Shown piece by piece: positions 1-12,689 of a stretch of DNA of 64,000 nt; within the stretch, counting starts at the first letter, position 1, and each line of letters opens with the position of its first letter. Under the pieces are notes generated by a model. The model had not been told where the DNA came from, made no database searches, and saw only the letters and a program-made list of their open reading frames with translations. The translations under genes and the position numbers were made by a program. The stretch comes from Selaginella moellendorffii (Eukaryota; Plantae; Lycopodiophyta), in assembly GCF_000143415.4 (NCBI RefSeq), contig NW_003314344.1:795279-859278 (forward strand), given 5' to 3'.

Positions 1-1230
1 GGGACCGGTTCATGGTTTGGCCTCTTCTCCTACAGACGTGTGTACTCCTACGCAACAATCCTTTCCACTTTCTAACACGTCTTGACAGGAGTTCTTGGCT
101 TCCTCGTCACGGGACAAAACCGTGCGCCTGTGGATGTGTTTGAAGGCAAGGGCAGGGTTGAAAACTTCACCCATACGCATGACGTGCTCACTGTGGTTTA
201 CTGCTCGGACGGAAAGCAACTGGGCTGCTCAACACTTGATGGTCAGATCCACTTCTGGGACCCGATTGACGGAGTGCTAATGGGCACGATAGAAGGCAGG
301 CGTGGTTGCAGGAGGGAGATTGATGAGCGATAGAAGAACGGCCACTAACTCGAGCTCGGGCAAATGCGTTACACGACGGCAGCCTACTGCTTGCTGGAGG
401 AACCAGCAATTATATTTGCATGTACGATGCCGCGGACCAGGTATCACACACAAGCTCGCTTGGCTTTCATGCTTGCGAGATATCGTCTGTGCAGGCTTTG
501 CTACAAAGGCTTCAGATATCTCACAGCTATTCGTTGGATGGTGTTCTGGACTTCCTAAACTCGAAGAGAATGACTGCAGCAGGTCCTATAGTTCTGATCG
601 ATGACTCAGTGTCAATGATCAAGTTAGAGGCAAGTTGGCGCAGGATGCTGCAGGGCCAATTATGTGCACCAAGTGCGTCAGGATATCTCCAACTGGCAGC
701 AGCGGCAACAACGGAAAGCCTACTCAATGGACAACCTTGTTTTTGATCCCAGTGGATGTCGAACCGGAGGTACAATTGGTGTTTACGAGCGCACTGGATG
801 TGAAGCTTTTCGTTGCCTTTTGTGTAGGCAATCAATGATGCGCTGGAAAGCAAGCGTTATTCACAAGCACTGATGCTGGCACTCCGGTTGAACAAACCGC
901 TGCTGATTCAGAAATGCATGGAGGCCGTAGACATCTCTGTGATCAGTGCTGTTGTCTGCAACGTTTCACTTTCGTACCTTGGAGATGCACTTGCGCAGTA
1001 CCTAGAGAAGACACCTCATTTGGAGTTCTTACTGGTAGGTATCCAGTTAGAAGGAAACATGGACTAAGTTGGCTTTGTTACAGGAGCTTTGCATTGGCAG
1101 AACAATCCAGTCGAGGAACACGGAGCTCATGCCCGCTTTCAAGTCCCTATCTTGCAGCAACAACTGCCTCCAAAAATGACTACCTTCTCCCATTACCTAT
1201 GCTCAGCCCCAACTAAGAGCCAGAGTGTGG
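1..1230 (+). pseudogene. PWP2: PWP2/UTP1 (periodic tryptophan protein 2) C-terminal fragment, copy 1, frameshifted
   Basis: Peptides across frames: SSRDKTVRLW, DVFEGKG..FTHTHDVLTVVY..DGKQLGCSTLDGQIHFWDPIDGVLMGTIEGRR, GGRLMSDRRTATNSSSGKC, QISHSYSLDGVLDFLNSKRMT, MDNLVFDP, LALRLN..LIQKCMEAV, PHLEFLL. Multiple frameshifts; introns retained; starts at the window edge. Confidence 0.85.
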
Positions 1231-1329
1231 AACAAAGCTTGGACTTGTATGGTAACAGACGCGCTGCTCAGGCTTGAGAACTCAGGTGAAGTTATTTTTT
1301 CTTTATTTGAAGGTGAACCAAACAATTTC

Positions 1330-2936
1330 ACAAAACTCTCTGCACTCTCAGGTCCTGGAGTCGTCGGCCCAACCATCCCGCTGCTGCTCCACGTCAGGAA
1401 CCACTGCCTCACGTGCGTCCCGGTGACTACACTTGCCGGTAGCACCTCTTGGGTCCGGCTTGCGGCACCACTCTCCTGTCGGGGTCCGTGGGGATCACTT
1501 GCATGGCCGTCTGCATCTCCACCGCCAACTGGTATCCCCCTGAGACAAGCACGTCACATCCGAGCCCACCCCTCGAGCGTCTTGGCGACGCTCATCCAAG
1601 CGCTGCCACACTTGAAGTTGTATACTCCGGCCACCGCATCCGGGACCGTCAATGGAAGCCCGCCACCTTTGACGCGTTCAGCCAGTTGACATGCCGCTTT
1701 CCACGGTTTGATGGAGCAGCAAAGGTATCCTTTTTGGCTAAAAAGGATACAAACGTCCTTTTTGGTAAAAAGGATTGAATCAAGATAAAATACTATTCTT
1801 GTGGGAAGGGTTTGGGTGGATCCATAGTGATGATATCATTTACCACCGAGTGGCGCTCCTTGAGCAGCAATTGGCAGTGGTGGAGCAGCGAGTGGCAGTG
1901 GTGGAGGAGCAACTCCAAGAGCTATTGAAGCAATTGCCACTACAGCTGCCACTGCCTCCTTTGCCTCCGCTGCTGTCAGTGCCACCGCCAGTGGTCCAAG
2001 AGTTCATGGCAGAGTTGGTCTCGCTGGTCCGGAAGTCTATGGGTGAGGAAATGTGTCCACAATCGTCGTCCATGGGTTCCATGGATGAGGAGCCATTAAT
2101 GGTTGAGGAGAGCATGCTAGGTGAAGAGACACGATTGCCACCACTGCCACCATCCTCACCATGACCACCACCACTATCACCACCACTGCCACCATCCTCA
2201 CCACCACCACCACCACAGGGGACGGGGACAGGGGCAAAGAATAGCACAAGGACCTGCACTAGCACTAGGACCACCACCAGCACCATCACCAATGTTATAA
2301 TTGAATTTGGATTGATTCTTCTTTATGTTAGCATCAGCATCATAGCTGGATTAAGATTATCAAGTCTTCTTCTTGTCATCACAGCATCATAACTGGATTG
2401 GAATCATCGACTCTTAGCTGGACCATCACCAACATAGTAGGAACGTTTATGATATTAAAAGATCAAGAACTTGCTTTTGCAGCAATCTTCTAATTTTTTT
2501 TCTAATCACCCTAGCTCTTCTGCATTTGTCGAGACTGTTGCTCAAAACTTTAAGAACAGGGACATGACGCTGCCGGGGCTCCCAACAGCGAACTTTGCAT
2601 CAAGCTTTGGTGGATCACTCCAAAGCTTCAATCCAAGCGCAACTGTTGAGAACGATTCTGACAGTGAGATTCAAGCAAGAGGTCGAGAATGTCAGCCTTG
2701 CAATGCTAGTTGCGATGCTCCACCTGCCTTGCTACCTTGGCATCAAGCAAGCTTTCACCATGCTCACCAGCGTGTTTACCTCACAATCCCCTGGGATGGC
2801 TCCTAGGGTTTGGAACACACCGTGAGCACCTTGATGATGGTCACTTCCTCGGCCTCAAAGAACCTGATGCCTGGCTTGGGCACACCAGCAATGTTAGTTT
2901 GGAAGATAAGCATGAATATGCTCTAACCCAAAAAAT
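1330..2936 (+). repeat. Composite repeat body (unassigned GC-rich fragment, hairpin, Pro/Gly-rich cca/ggt block, further fragment)
   Basis: Homologous blocks recur at ~9770-10390 (-), ~13545-14890 (-) and in part at ~18600-19180, e.g. the VQEFMAELVSLVR..MCP..SMDEEP..EESMLGE and GGSLQSFNP peptides. Confidence 0.85.
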
Positions 2937-3057
2937 TGTTGTGTTTGACCATCGAATGAATCTTTATTCATGAGATTTTGGTCAATATACAATGCGTCTC
3001 CTGGCGTCCTAGCTGGCACTGGTCTGTCCGTACATCGTACGGCTTCCCACCGTAACA
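2937..3057 (-). mobile_element. 3' LTR (121 bp) of Ty1/copia element
   Basis: On the minus strand the polypurine tract GAGTGGGAG (3058-3066) is followed directly by TGTTACGG...CACAACA (TGTT/AACA termini) with an internal AATAAA. Host homology with the paralogous repeat at 13545 resumes exactly at 2936. Confidence 0.8.
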
Positions 3058-6000
3058 CTCCCACTCGGGCAGACACCAAGTGCAGCCTGAATTGATCTTG
3101 CGATTCTTGCTTAAGGCAATGTAGCCCTAATTGTCGCAATAGATCGCTGTTGAACCTGGAAGAGAGTGTTCCATGTCCGTTAGAAGACGACGAAGCCAGA
3201 TGGCCTCCTTGCTAGCAGCCATATACTCAGCTTCGCAGCTAGAGCAAGCCACAACACTCTGTTTCTTGCTGCTCCAAGAAAGAGCGGCTTGTTGCAAGCT
3301 AAAAAAATAGCCTGTGTGTGATCTTCGTGAATCTGGGCAGCCAGCCCAGTCCGAATCACAGTAGCCCTGTAAGCGTGTGACTTTTGGCGTGTAAAGTAAG
3401 CCAAAAGAAGTGGTAGCTCGTAAGTACCGAAAAATTCTTTTTACTGCTTGCCAATGTGCAGGGCCTGGATTGTCGAGAAACCTGCTTACCATGCTCACTG
3501 AGAAGGCAATGTCTGGTCGCGTGCACACCACCAGGTACATCAAGCTTCCCACGGCACTTCGGTAAGGAACGTTCGCCATTTTCCTCCTATCCGAGTCTGT
3601 AGAAGGAGATGTATCCTTTGAAAGTCTTAAGCCAGCAACCATTGGCGTGGGTGCAGGGGCACAAGAGTCCATGCCGAATCGTTGCAGGACATCTTCCGCA
3701 TACTTGGTTTGATGCAGAAAGAGGGAGCCATCTTTTCTGCGATCAATCTGGATGCCAAGGCAGTAGCGAGCTTCACCAAGGTCCTTCATCTCAAAATGAG
3801 ATGAGAAAGCCACTTTGATTTTAGCTAGGAAAGCAAGGCTGTTGCAAACGAGTAGAGTGTCGTCTACATACACAGCGATGTAAATCACTTCATCTCCCAC
3901 TCGTTTAAAGTAGAGATTGGGATCGTTCTTGCTCCTGGAAAAGTGAGATTTCACAAAAAATCATCAAGATTTTTGTACCATTGGCGAGAGGCTTGCTTCA
4001 AGCCAAAAATCGCCTTGTGGAGCTTCCAAACGTGGCTCTCATGTCCTGGGACCTTGTAGCCTTCTGGCTGCTCCATATAGATGTCCTCATCAAGCTCTCC
4101 ATTCAAGAAAGCCGTCTTGACATCCATCTGGTGTACGTGCCAATTGTGCGCAACTGCTAAAGCGAGCAAGGTGCGAATGGTAGTCAGCTTGACCACCGGG
4201 GCAAACGTATCAGTGTAATCCACACCAGCCACTTGAGAGTAGCCTTTCGCCACCAAGCGAGCCTTGTAGCGAGAAATGGTGTGGTCTGGGTTGAGCTTAA
4301 TACTAGGAATCCACATGGATTTCACTAGTTTACGCCCGGCCGGAGCTCTTTCCACCAAGGAGAAGGTGTTGTTCTTGAGAAAGGAGTTATACTCCTCATC
4401 AAAGGCTGCAACCCATTTGTCTCTGTTAGGAGAGGCAAGAGCATCGATGTAGCTGTGAGGAACTTCCGGAATGTCCACGCCAGCAAGCAATGTCTCAACC
4501 AAGCCTTCAGGAATGTCTTGAACGACCGAGAGCATTGTCTCGATCAACCGCTGCGGAGGAACACCTAAATTCGACTGGAAAGACCGGCGGGGAGGCTGAT
4601 CCGGAGGTACTGCAGGTTGCTCCGGAGGGCCTCGAGGAGAATCTGGTGCCGCGGGTGGTTCTCCATCGAAATATAGGTCATCCCTGAGTGGCAGTTGAGG
4701 CCGAACAGGGGATAGGGCACCCCTGTTTGGCGAATTTGGCAAAACCGTAGATCTCCCACCTGGAAATCTGGCGCTCTGGAAGCTCCCACTTGCAGCGGCA
4801 AGATAGGAGAGACTACCACCGGTTCCAAGGTTGAAGAAGAGTCTTCAGTTGGAAGAATCGGGGCAGGAGGGAAGAGATCTCCCACTGGATGAGAACGAAT
4901 AGCATTCTCATTGAAGTGAACGTCGCGGGAGATAATCAGCTTCCTGGAGACTAGGTTGAAAATCCTGTAAGCCTTGTGCTCCAGGCTATAGCCAAGAAAG
5001 ATGCCTCGCTCGCTGGTGGGCGTAAGCTTCTTTCTGATGGCCTTGGGGACGTGAGTGTAGGCCTCACATCCAAAGATACGCAAGTGATCTATGGCTGGCT
5101 TGCGGCGTGACCAGGCTTCTTCAGGTGTTTTTCCAACCACGGCTTTTGTAGGGAGCCGATTTTGTAGATAGCAGGCGGTCATAACTGCTTCAGCCCAGAA
5201 CATAGCAGGAACGCGGTTGGCTTGAAGCATGCTATTTGCGGCATCTATCAAGCTCCGGTTCTTGCGTTCTGCAACACCGTTCTGCTGAGAGGAATACGGG
5301 GCGGTTTGCTCTCTTTGAATTCCATGCTTTTGAAGAAAAGCAGAAAACTTCTGAGAGACATACTCGCCACCTCCATCTGATCTGAGTCGCTTCAACGGTT
5401 TTCCAGTTTGCTTTTCAGCAAGAGCTTTGAAGATCTCGGACTTATCTAGAGCCTGGGATTTCGTGACCAAGCAGTAGACGAAGGTCTTCCTGCTGTAATC
5501 GTCCACGAAAGTAATGAAGTACTTGGAGCCGCCAAAGGAGACATGAGGAGCAGGGCCCCAAATATCGCTATGGACAAGCTCCAAGACTTCTTTGGCTCGT
5601 TTTGCTCCACGCTTAGGAAAAGGGAGCCGATGCTGTTTCCCAAGCTGGCAGCCTATGGACGTAGAGCTGTCAAGCTGAGGATCGAGACCATCAACCATCT
5701 GGTCCTTAGCTAGTTGAGCAATGCGTAGAGTGCTAGCATGGCCGAAGCGTTTATGCCAAAGCTCAAGATGATGTGTCTTAGCTGCCACAAAGGTGAGAAA
5801 TTGATGAGGTTTCTCCACCAACTCTGTGGCGTGAATGGGTTCCATACAGAGCTCGTAAAGGCCTCTGTTCTCACGTCGTACGCCAACAAATCCGAGATTG
5901 CCATCAGGAGTAAGGAACGAGCAATCAGATTTACTGAAACGGAGATCAAAGCCAGAGTCTGTGAGCTGGCCAACTGAAAGTAGATTGGCGCTAAGTTTTG

Positions 6001-6740
6001 GAACAAGGAGAACATTCTCAATCGTGACTGTGAAGCCACTACATAGTTTGAGAAGTATGGTTCCACGTCCCGTGATCTTGAGAGTGCGGCCATCACCAAC
6101 AGCTACTCCTACCAGCATGTCCAGCTCTTGGAGCGTCTTGAACCACCTCGCATCGTGCGTCAAGTGGTCACTCGCTCCTGAATCAAAATAAAACGTACTC
6201 TGATTCTTAGAGGCTAGAAAAACCGAACGTACGCTCACATAAGCATGTGCTTCAATGTCGAGCGGTGGTTGAACTAGGAGTGTTTTTTATTTCTTGGGCC
6301 GCTTCTCTGGGAACTTAAACCAGCAGTTCTTAGGTTCATGATTGGTCTTCTTGCAGTGCTCGCAAGGTGGGAATTTCCCTGATGAAGAGCTCCCACTTGC
6401 TTTGAACGGCTTCTTTTTCTGCTGCGTCTTTGCAGTGGTGTAGAACGAGGTTGTCTCCTTGTCACTGGCCTTGCGCCTCAGTTCTGTGTTCTTCAACGCG
6501 GTTGTTACATCGCGCCAAGAGATTTTTCCTCCAGGAATTGACGGTTGAAGAGACTGGATCACCGTGTCGAAAGATGAAGGGAGAGTCGAAAGGAGATATT
6601 CGCACTCTTCTTCTTCTTCCATCTGTGCCCCAACAGCCATCAACTCGTCGAGGATCTCCTTAACGGCAGCGATGTGTGTGGGGAGGTGGTCAGCCTCTGA
6701 CATCGCCATCGTGAAGAGTTTGCGGCAAAGATAAACCCGA
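3058..6740 (-). mobile_element. Degenerate Ty1/copia retrotransposon gag-pol (gag, protease, integrase, RT, RNase H), 5'-truncated
   Basis: Zn knuckle CEHCKKTNHEPKNC; protease DSGASDH; WHKRFGH; integrase LVHSDIWGP, RSDGGGEY, NGVAERKNR; RT YKARLVAKG, HQMDVKTAFLNG, YVDD; RNaseH DSDWAG..EAEY. Domain order is copia. Lesions: stop at 6287, frameshifts near 4740 and 3952, stop at 3127. No 5' LTR seen. Confidence 0.95.
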
Positions 6741-7639
6741 TAAGGAAGGCGGTGCTGTAGGACGAAGAGGAAGAGGAGGAAGAGGAGGGGGCTTAGGAGG
6801 CGCCCCTATCCACTCGGTCCAGTCGTATTCCAGTTTGCAACTAGAACCCTAACTACCCGCGCCTTGCGAGCAGGTTGGAGGCGATCAAGCAGCGCTCGCT
6901 GGTTCTGCTTGCTTCCCAGTTCGTGGCTTGATCGGTGCGCCAGAAGGGATAGCTCCATTTCTCTTGGCTTGTTTGCTGTAGTGGGGCCAGGGGCGGAGCA
7001 CGGCCACCTCAAGAACATCAGCTTCGTTCCAGATCGATGCCTCGAGGAGCTCTACTCGCAGACCTTCAGACCTTCGAGCGGAATGCCTCCTCCGTGGGAG
7101 CTGCTGCAAGCCGCGGGGCACAGCCCAATCTCTCCGGCTTCAACGTTCTCGTAACGGCCAACGGAGAGCTCGCGGTCTCGAACGAGTGCCGGGATCGCTG
7201 GAGCCACTGTTGACCGAAGGAAGAAAACGTGGTCAACGAGACGCTGACCAGATCAAGTCCCGGCCGCCGCCGCTGGACTTGCGGAGGGGCGATCGAGCTG
7301 CGTCGACACCAAAATCACTAGCTTGGTTGGGAGCCTTGCTCCATCTTCCAGGCTGATCCCGCGAGAGACCATCCAGAGAGCACCACTGGAGCTCTCTCGG
7401 GCGAAGTTGAATCCAGCATGGCGGAGGGCTCTCTGGCAGGTCATTCTCTCGACGAGCTGGGCCGAGGATGCGTCACAGGCTGTCCGGGATGAAGCTGCGA
7501 GAGATCAAACAAGCTGGGAGCAGTCGTTTGTTTGGAGAGCACTATCCACGGTTGTATGGTGTGTCATCGCCTCTGCGCATTGACCAGGGCCATCTCCGCT
7601 CCTGGAGCTTTTGTTTCTCAAAGATCTTTAAGCAGGTTT

Positions 7640-8695
7640 GCGAGGCAGTGGATCTCTCCCAGTGCTCTTCCAAGCTTTTTAGAGCCTCAGAAGCTCTAAC
7701 GCAAACCATCTGTTCCTGACACCGTCTTTGACAGATATATCCAAGCGTCTCCTCTTATCGTCTTTCGTTTTCGGCTCCGGTATCACAAACCAGTTCTGAT
7801 GGGGATACGCACTGCCTTCAGCTTGACAAACATTTCGAACTGGATACTGTACTCCGAATCCCAATTCTGTGACTCCGCTCTTTCCAAAATGCTCCGGTCC
7901 AGCCTTTCAATGGTCCTGCTGATCACCGAAACGTGATCAAACCGTGGTGGACGTGGACCTGCTTCCACGCTATGGCTTAGACGAACATAAAGACCATAGA
8001 GTAGAGTCGACATGAGCAGCAGAGACGAGAACTTCAAATCACATAGCACGCCATCCAGATTCGTATCAACCACCACACCTTCAGACAGCAGAAGTTCCAC
8101 AGTTTCATCGTGGGGGACTTTGACGTTGCACCCGGCTCTCAATAGCAACAAGAGCAGCTCCTTCCCACGGGGCTCAAGAGCCTTGCAGGCGGAGATAATA
8201 GCATAGTACGTAGCCTTGACGAAAATCTTGAAAATGAATTTGTCCTTGTGCAGTTGCAGCCACATCTCAAGAGTCTTCGTGGTCTTGTCGATGAACTCTC
8301 GGTGCAGCAACTCACAGCATGCGCCTACCAGTCCCTTGTGTCCCGACGTCAATTCCAGCATCGACGCAGCTATAGCTTCCCTGTCAACTGAGATGAATGT
8401 ATCCTTCTCGTACTGCCACAGCAACGACTCTATGTCTGACAGTGTAAAACCGGTGGAAACCATTCGGAACTCGTCCGAAAACGGAGAGTTTTCAGCGCCT
8501 GGCGAGGGAAGATAGAAACCGGGAGGAGCCCCTTAGGTTCTCTTTCCACGGGCAAGTTTCAGCTCCAACAGCAACGAATCTGTGCCAATAGCTAAGACCG
8601 AGAGCAGCCGATTCTTGTACCGGTCCTGCTTCAAGTTCCGCAATGTGGCGAGAAACGATTGCTTAAAATCTTTAGACAGCTTCGAAAAAATGCTC
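7640..8695 (-). pseudogene. Crinkler (CRN)-type P-loop NTPase C-terminal half + PD-(D/E)xK restriction-endonuclease-like domain, decayed
   Basis: SFLATLRNLK..LLSVLAIGTDSLL..SPFS..FTLSDIESLLWQYE..LTSGHKGLVGAC, then SEYSIQFEM, VIPEPK..RRRLDISV..FALELL, SLEEHWERS. One in-frame stop near 8535 and frameshifts near 7810 and 7685. Walker A/B region absent. Confidence 0.65.
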
Positions 8696-8839
8696 AACTA
8701 GACTGTCGTTTTTCCCTTGACCCTTTTTGAACATGGTTATAAACTTACTGGAGCCAAAAGTCATAGTTGGATCCGGCTCAAGGTCCCCACTCGAACGCAG
8801 AAACTCCACAACCATGTTCCCAGCGATCGCTATCAGTAA

Positions 8840-9400
8840 GCTGTGGATCTACAATCTGCCCGTAGATTCAGGAGAACTTTGATAGCCAACCTGTCAAACC
8901 AGTAGCGTCCTATAACTTAATGCTCTCATCGTTTTCTCAAAGTGGTGTTATAGAAATGGCTGTGAGTTGTTTTAGTCAATGCAGGAAAGGAATCTCGTGT
9001 CCTGGGATGTAATGCTTGCTGCGTATGCCCATATCGGGCATCTTGGTCGATGCTGGAATATCTTCGCGGCACAACCTGAGAGAGACACAGTCTCGTGGGG
9101 CACAATTTTAGCTGCGTGATTCCAAAGACGCATTCAAGATTTTTAGCAGCATGAATCTGATCGGCACAACAGCTGATGAAGCTTGTTTTGTATCACTTCT
9201 CGTGGCCTGTAGCCGTGGAGGCAAGCTCTACGCGGCCAAAACTTACTTGGCTTCCATGGTGGATTGAAGCCTTTGAAGCAGCACTACTGCTGTGTGATAA
9301 ACTTGCTGGCCAAAGCTGGGCACCTTGAAAGTGCTGCGAATCTTATCACTGAGATGCCTTTTGTGCCTTTTGTGCCCTGGAGTGGACGTGCTTGCTTTAG
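8840..9400 (+). pseudogene. PLS-class pentatricopeptide repeat (PPR) gene remnant
   Basis: Hand translation: VASYNLMLSSFSQSG, NLVSWDVMLAAYAHIGHL, RDTVSWGTILAA, DEACFVSLLVACSRGG, HYCCVINLLAKAGHLESAANLITEMPFVP, with stops and frameshifts. Confidence 0.85.
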
Positions 9401-9769
9401 TGTTATTTTAAAATGTCTTTAGAGAGGATGATTTGCCATTGTCTGCCATCGTCAATTTATAAATTGAGATTTTTGTTTTCTTCTTTGTTTTGCTGAAATA
9501 ATTCAGAAGCCATGTTTACTGCTGCTAAGAAACAAGTTCGTTCCACAATTCTTCAAGCTAGAAGTAGGACAAAAGCAAGCTCCCCTTCTTCTTATAGATG
9601 GCATTGTTCTAGAATTCCTTCTTGGCCACTAAGCTAAGAGGGAGAGGATGATTCACCACATTTCTTTAGAAGTAGGAGCTAAACCAAGTTCCCCTTCTTC
9701 TAGCTAAGATGCTAGCTCCACACAGTAATTCTAGTGTAGATCCATGGACCTCTTCCACTGGATGCTGCT

Positions 9770-10390
9770 TGAAGGGCTTTATCTCACTCTTGGGATCGTT
9801 CTCAATGCTTGTGCCCGGATTGAAGCTCTGGAGCGATCCACCAAAGCTTGATGCAAAGTGGAGCCCCGGCAGCATCATGTCCCTGTTCTTAAAGTTTCGA
9901 GCATTCTACAGTCTCAACCAATGCAGAAGAGCTAGGGTGATTAGATGAAGATTCACAAAAACAGAAGATTGCTGCAAAAGCAAAAGCAATCTGGGGTTCT
10001 TACACTCTTAATTACATACTTTTAGCTTTTTAATATCATAAACGTTCCTACTATGTTGGCAATAACAGGAAGAAGAGTCAATGATCCCAATCCAATTATG
10101 ATGCTAGTGATGACAGGAAGAAGACTTGATAATCCCAATCCAGCTATGATGCTGATGAAATTCAGTTATAATGCTGGTGATGGTGCTGGTGGTGGTCCTG
10201 GTGCTGGTGCTAGCCCTTATGCTATTCTTTGCCCCTGTCCCCATCCCCTGTGGTGGTGGTGGTGGTGAGGATGTGGCAGTGGTGGCAATCGTGTCTCCTC
10301 ATCCATGGAACCTATGGATGACGATCGTGGACACATCTCCTCACCCATAGACTCTCGGACTAGTGAGACCAACTCTGCCATGAACTCCTA
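9770..10390 (-). repeat. Partial inverted copy of the composite repeat (homologous to ~2000-2680)
   Basis: Reverse-complement match, e.g. FASSFGGSLQSFNP and MEPMDDD.GHISSPID.RTSETNSAMNS. Confidence 0.85.
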
Positions 10391-10419
10391 TTTCATGTTT
10401 GTGTTTAACATGTATATTA

Positions 10420-11160
10420 TTATTTTTGGTAACTCTTTTCTTAGTTTTACTTGGGGTCTGGGTAGTAGTATTAGTGTTTTTAATATTTTTGAGTTTAATA
10501 AGGGTATATATAATTTTTTATTTCTAGATTAGACTTTAGTTTTCCAATAGTGCTATTTTTTTTATTGAGCAATCCTTTCTGAGTAATGTTCTTAAAATCT
10601 TAGTTATATATTTATTCATATTCCAAGTAAACACATAATAATTAAATAATGCTTCTCTAAATTAATAATAGTTAATCTTAGTAATTCTTCTTTACTTTTA
10701 TATGAGTCTGGGTAGTAATATATTAGTTTTTTTACCATTTCAGGATTCTAAATTTGTTTGATCCCAAAGTAAAAATATACTTTACATATAACATCTAATT
10801 AAGAAAATTATTTTTTAGTAATTCTTCATTTACTTTTTTTTTGGAGTGTATTTTTAATCTAATAACTATGAAAAATTATTCTTAGCAATTTTTGTTTTAC
10901 TTTACTCTGGGTTGGGTATTAAGTTTCATAAAATTTTAATATTCTAAATATATTCATATTCCCAAGTGGTGCTTTGCATATATTATCTTTATTACTAATA
11001 TTTACTTACTAATTCTTCTTCACTTTGGGAATATATTAGTATGTTAAATATATAGTCTATATTGTATAATATTGTGTATGTATATAGAGATATCAAAAGG
11101 AAAAATGCATATAAAATTATTGATTTTTGTACTCATCCAGCATTTGCTGGGCAATATGTC
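10420..11160 (+). repeat. AT-rich repeat block with internal subrepeats, ending in a short hairpin
   Basis: Recurring tctgggtagta(a/g)tat motif; similar block at 12690-13190; ends ccagcatttgctgg-gcaatatg (11137-11158). Confidence 0.55.
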
Positions 11161-12689
11161 ACATACAAAGTGTTAACTAGCATTAACACTCAACCTTTTG
11201 CAATGGAGACCCTTTGAAATTGAGAGAGTAAATTCTAAGGTTTAGTGGAGTGTTTGCTATGACAGCAGGCCTGACTTTTGGTGCCTTCAAGTTATGATTC
11301 AAGTTTATATGTGAATCTCTTTCCCTCAATTTAGGGTTTTGTGAGCTATGGCACATGCTCTTTCTAATCCCTAGCATTGGCACTTCACATTCATCCCAAA
11401 TGCACAAATTCCTATATAGCACCCTTCTTTTGTCATTGTGGCTACTGGTTTGCTACCTGTTTTGGGAATTGAGATGAGCTACAACACCACTAGAGCTATT
11501 GTTGTAAGTTGATTTTCTTGCAGTGAGATTACATTTTCTCAAATTTCTTATCATGTCACTAATGATGGAAAGATTTTGGGAGAGTCATTGAGATTGCAAG
11601 TACTTTTTTTTTCTCTTCTTCATTTTTATTCTGTTTTGTTTTGTTTTTTTGGATTCAAGGCAAAGTTGCTTCAACAGTATGATGGTGTGATGCCTCTAGC
11701 AACATGTCTAAACCACAAGCTTGCAACAGTAGCTGTGGCAATTGGTCCTTGGCTTGAGTTCATGCTTGGATGGTGACATTCTTTGTGATTTTTCCATTGG
11801 GAGGATTATGTTGGGCAGCACATTGAAGAATTGATTGGCCTGTAGTTTCTCAGCCACTAGCATCAGAGAAGCAACTTACATGCTTCTCATTGTGGCAGAT
11901 TCCCATGGTCACCAAGATGGTAAGTTTTTTACTTTCTTTACCAAGTGAATTCATAGGTGCAGAGATTGGGACATTGGGTGTTGAGTGCTAGCCAAACTCT
12001 AACAATAGGTTCTGTCTCTTGCTATAGTGATGGAAGTGTGATCAAAAAGATTTTAGGTTATCCAGATGGCAATGCATAGTGCTCTTGCTAATCTAACCAA
12101 TGACAAGTTGTACCCGTGATAAATGATCAAAATCCAAAACTGCTAGAGATTTGAATTCTGTTTAATAGGTTACCCTAAGAGAGTGAATATTTATTTTTAA
12201 ATGAACAGCTTTATTTTTTAATTATTTACTAATAAATTAATCAAATTTATAAACTTATTCTATTTTATAAATGATTATAATCTTTGAATATTTTAGGTCA
12301 CAATTAAATTTTATAATTTAATTTAGCAGAAATATAATAAGAAAACTGTATTCTAGAATAATATTATTTCATAAGAATAAACTAGAATATATTAGATGGT
12401 AAACGTGGGTTGACTTAGTTTTATGAGTGTGTAGGATCATGATCAAAGCTTCAAGTGTTAATATAAGAAAATTAAAAAATTTCAACATTAGAAGTACATA
12501 TTATATATTTATATGTAGCCTTAGCTATTAACAATCTAACTCATTATCAGAAAAAACTAAAACAATATATGCAGTATTTGATTAAGAAGTAGTATTTTAA
12601 ATTCTTTTTTATAATTATAAGTATAGTTTATTAGTGATAATACTATGGAATTACAGTTTCTATAGCATATATATTTACAAAAACAATTG

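Noticed and set aside
1775-2292. Pro-rich, Gly-rich and His-rich ORFs here and at 13923-14702 as real genes
   Set aside because: They are frames of cca/ggt low-complexity sequence inside a repeat, and they differ in frame and length between copies.
6239-6289. Programmed stop-codon readthrough between copia gag and pol (in-frame TAA at 6287)
   Set aside because: The element has several other stops and frameshifts and a damaged integrase zinc finger, so a nonsense mutation is the simpler explanation.
6750-7600. GC-rich stretch with several short ORFs and a telo-box-like motif
   Set aside because: Looks like a decayed gene fragment, but no motif was recognisable; no call is supportable.
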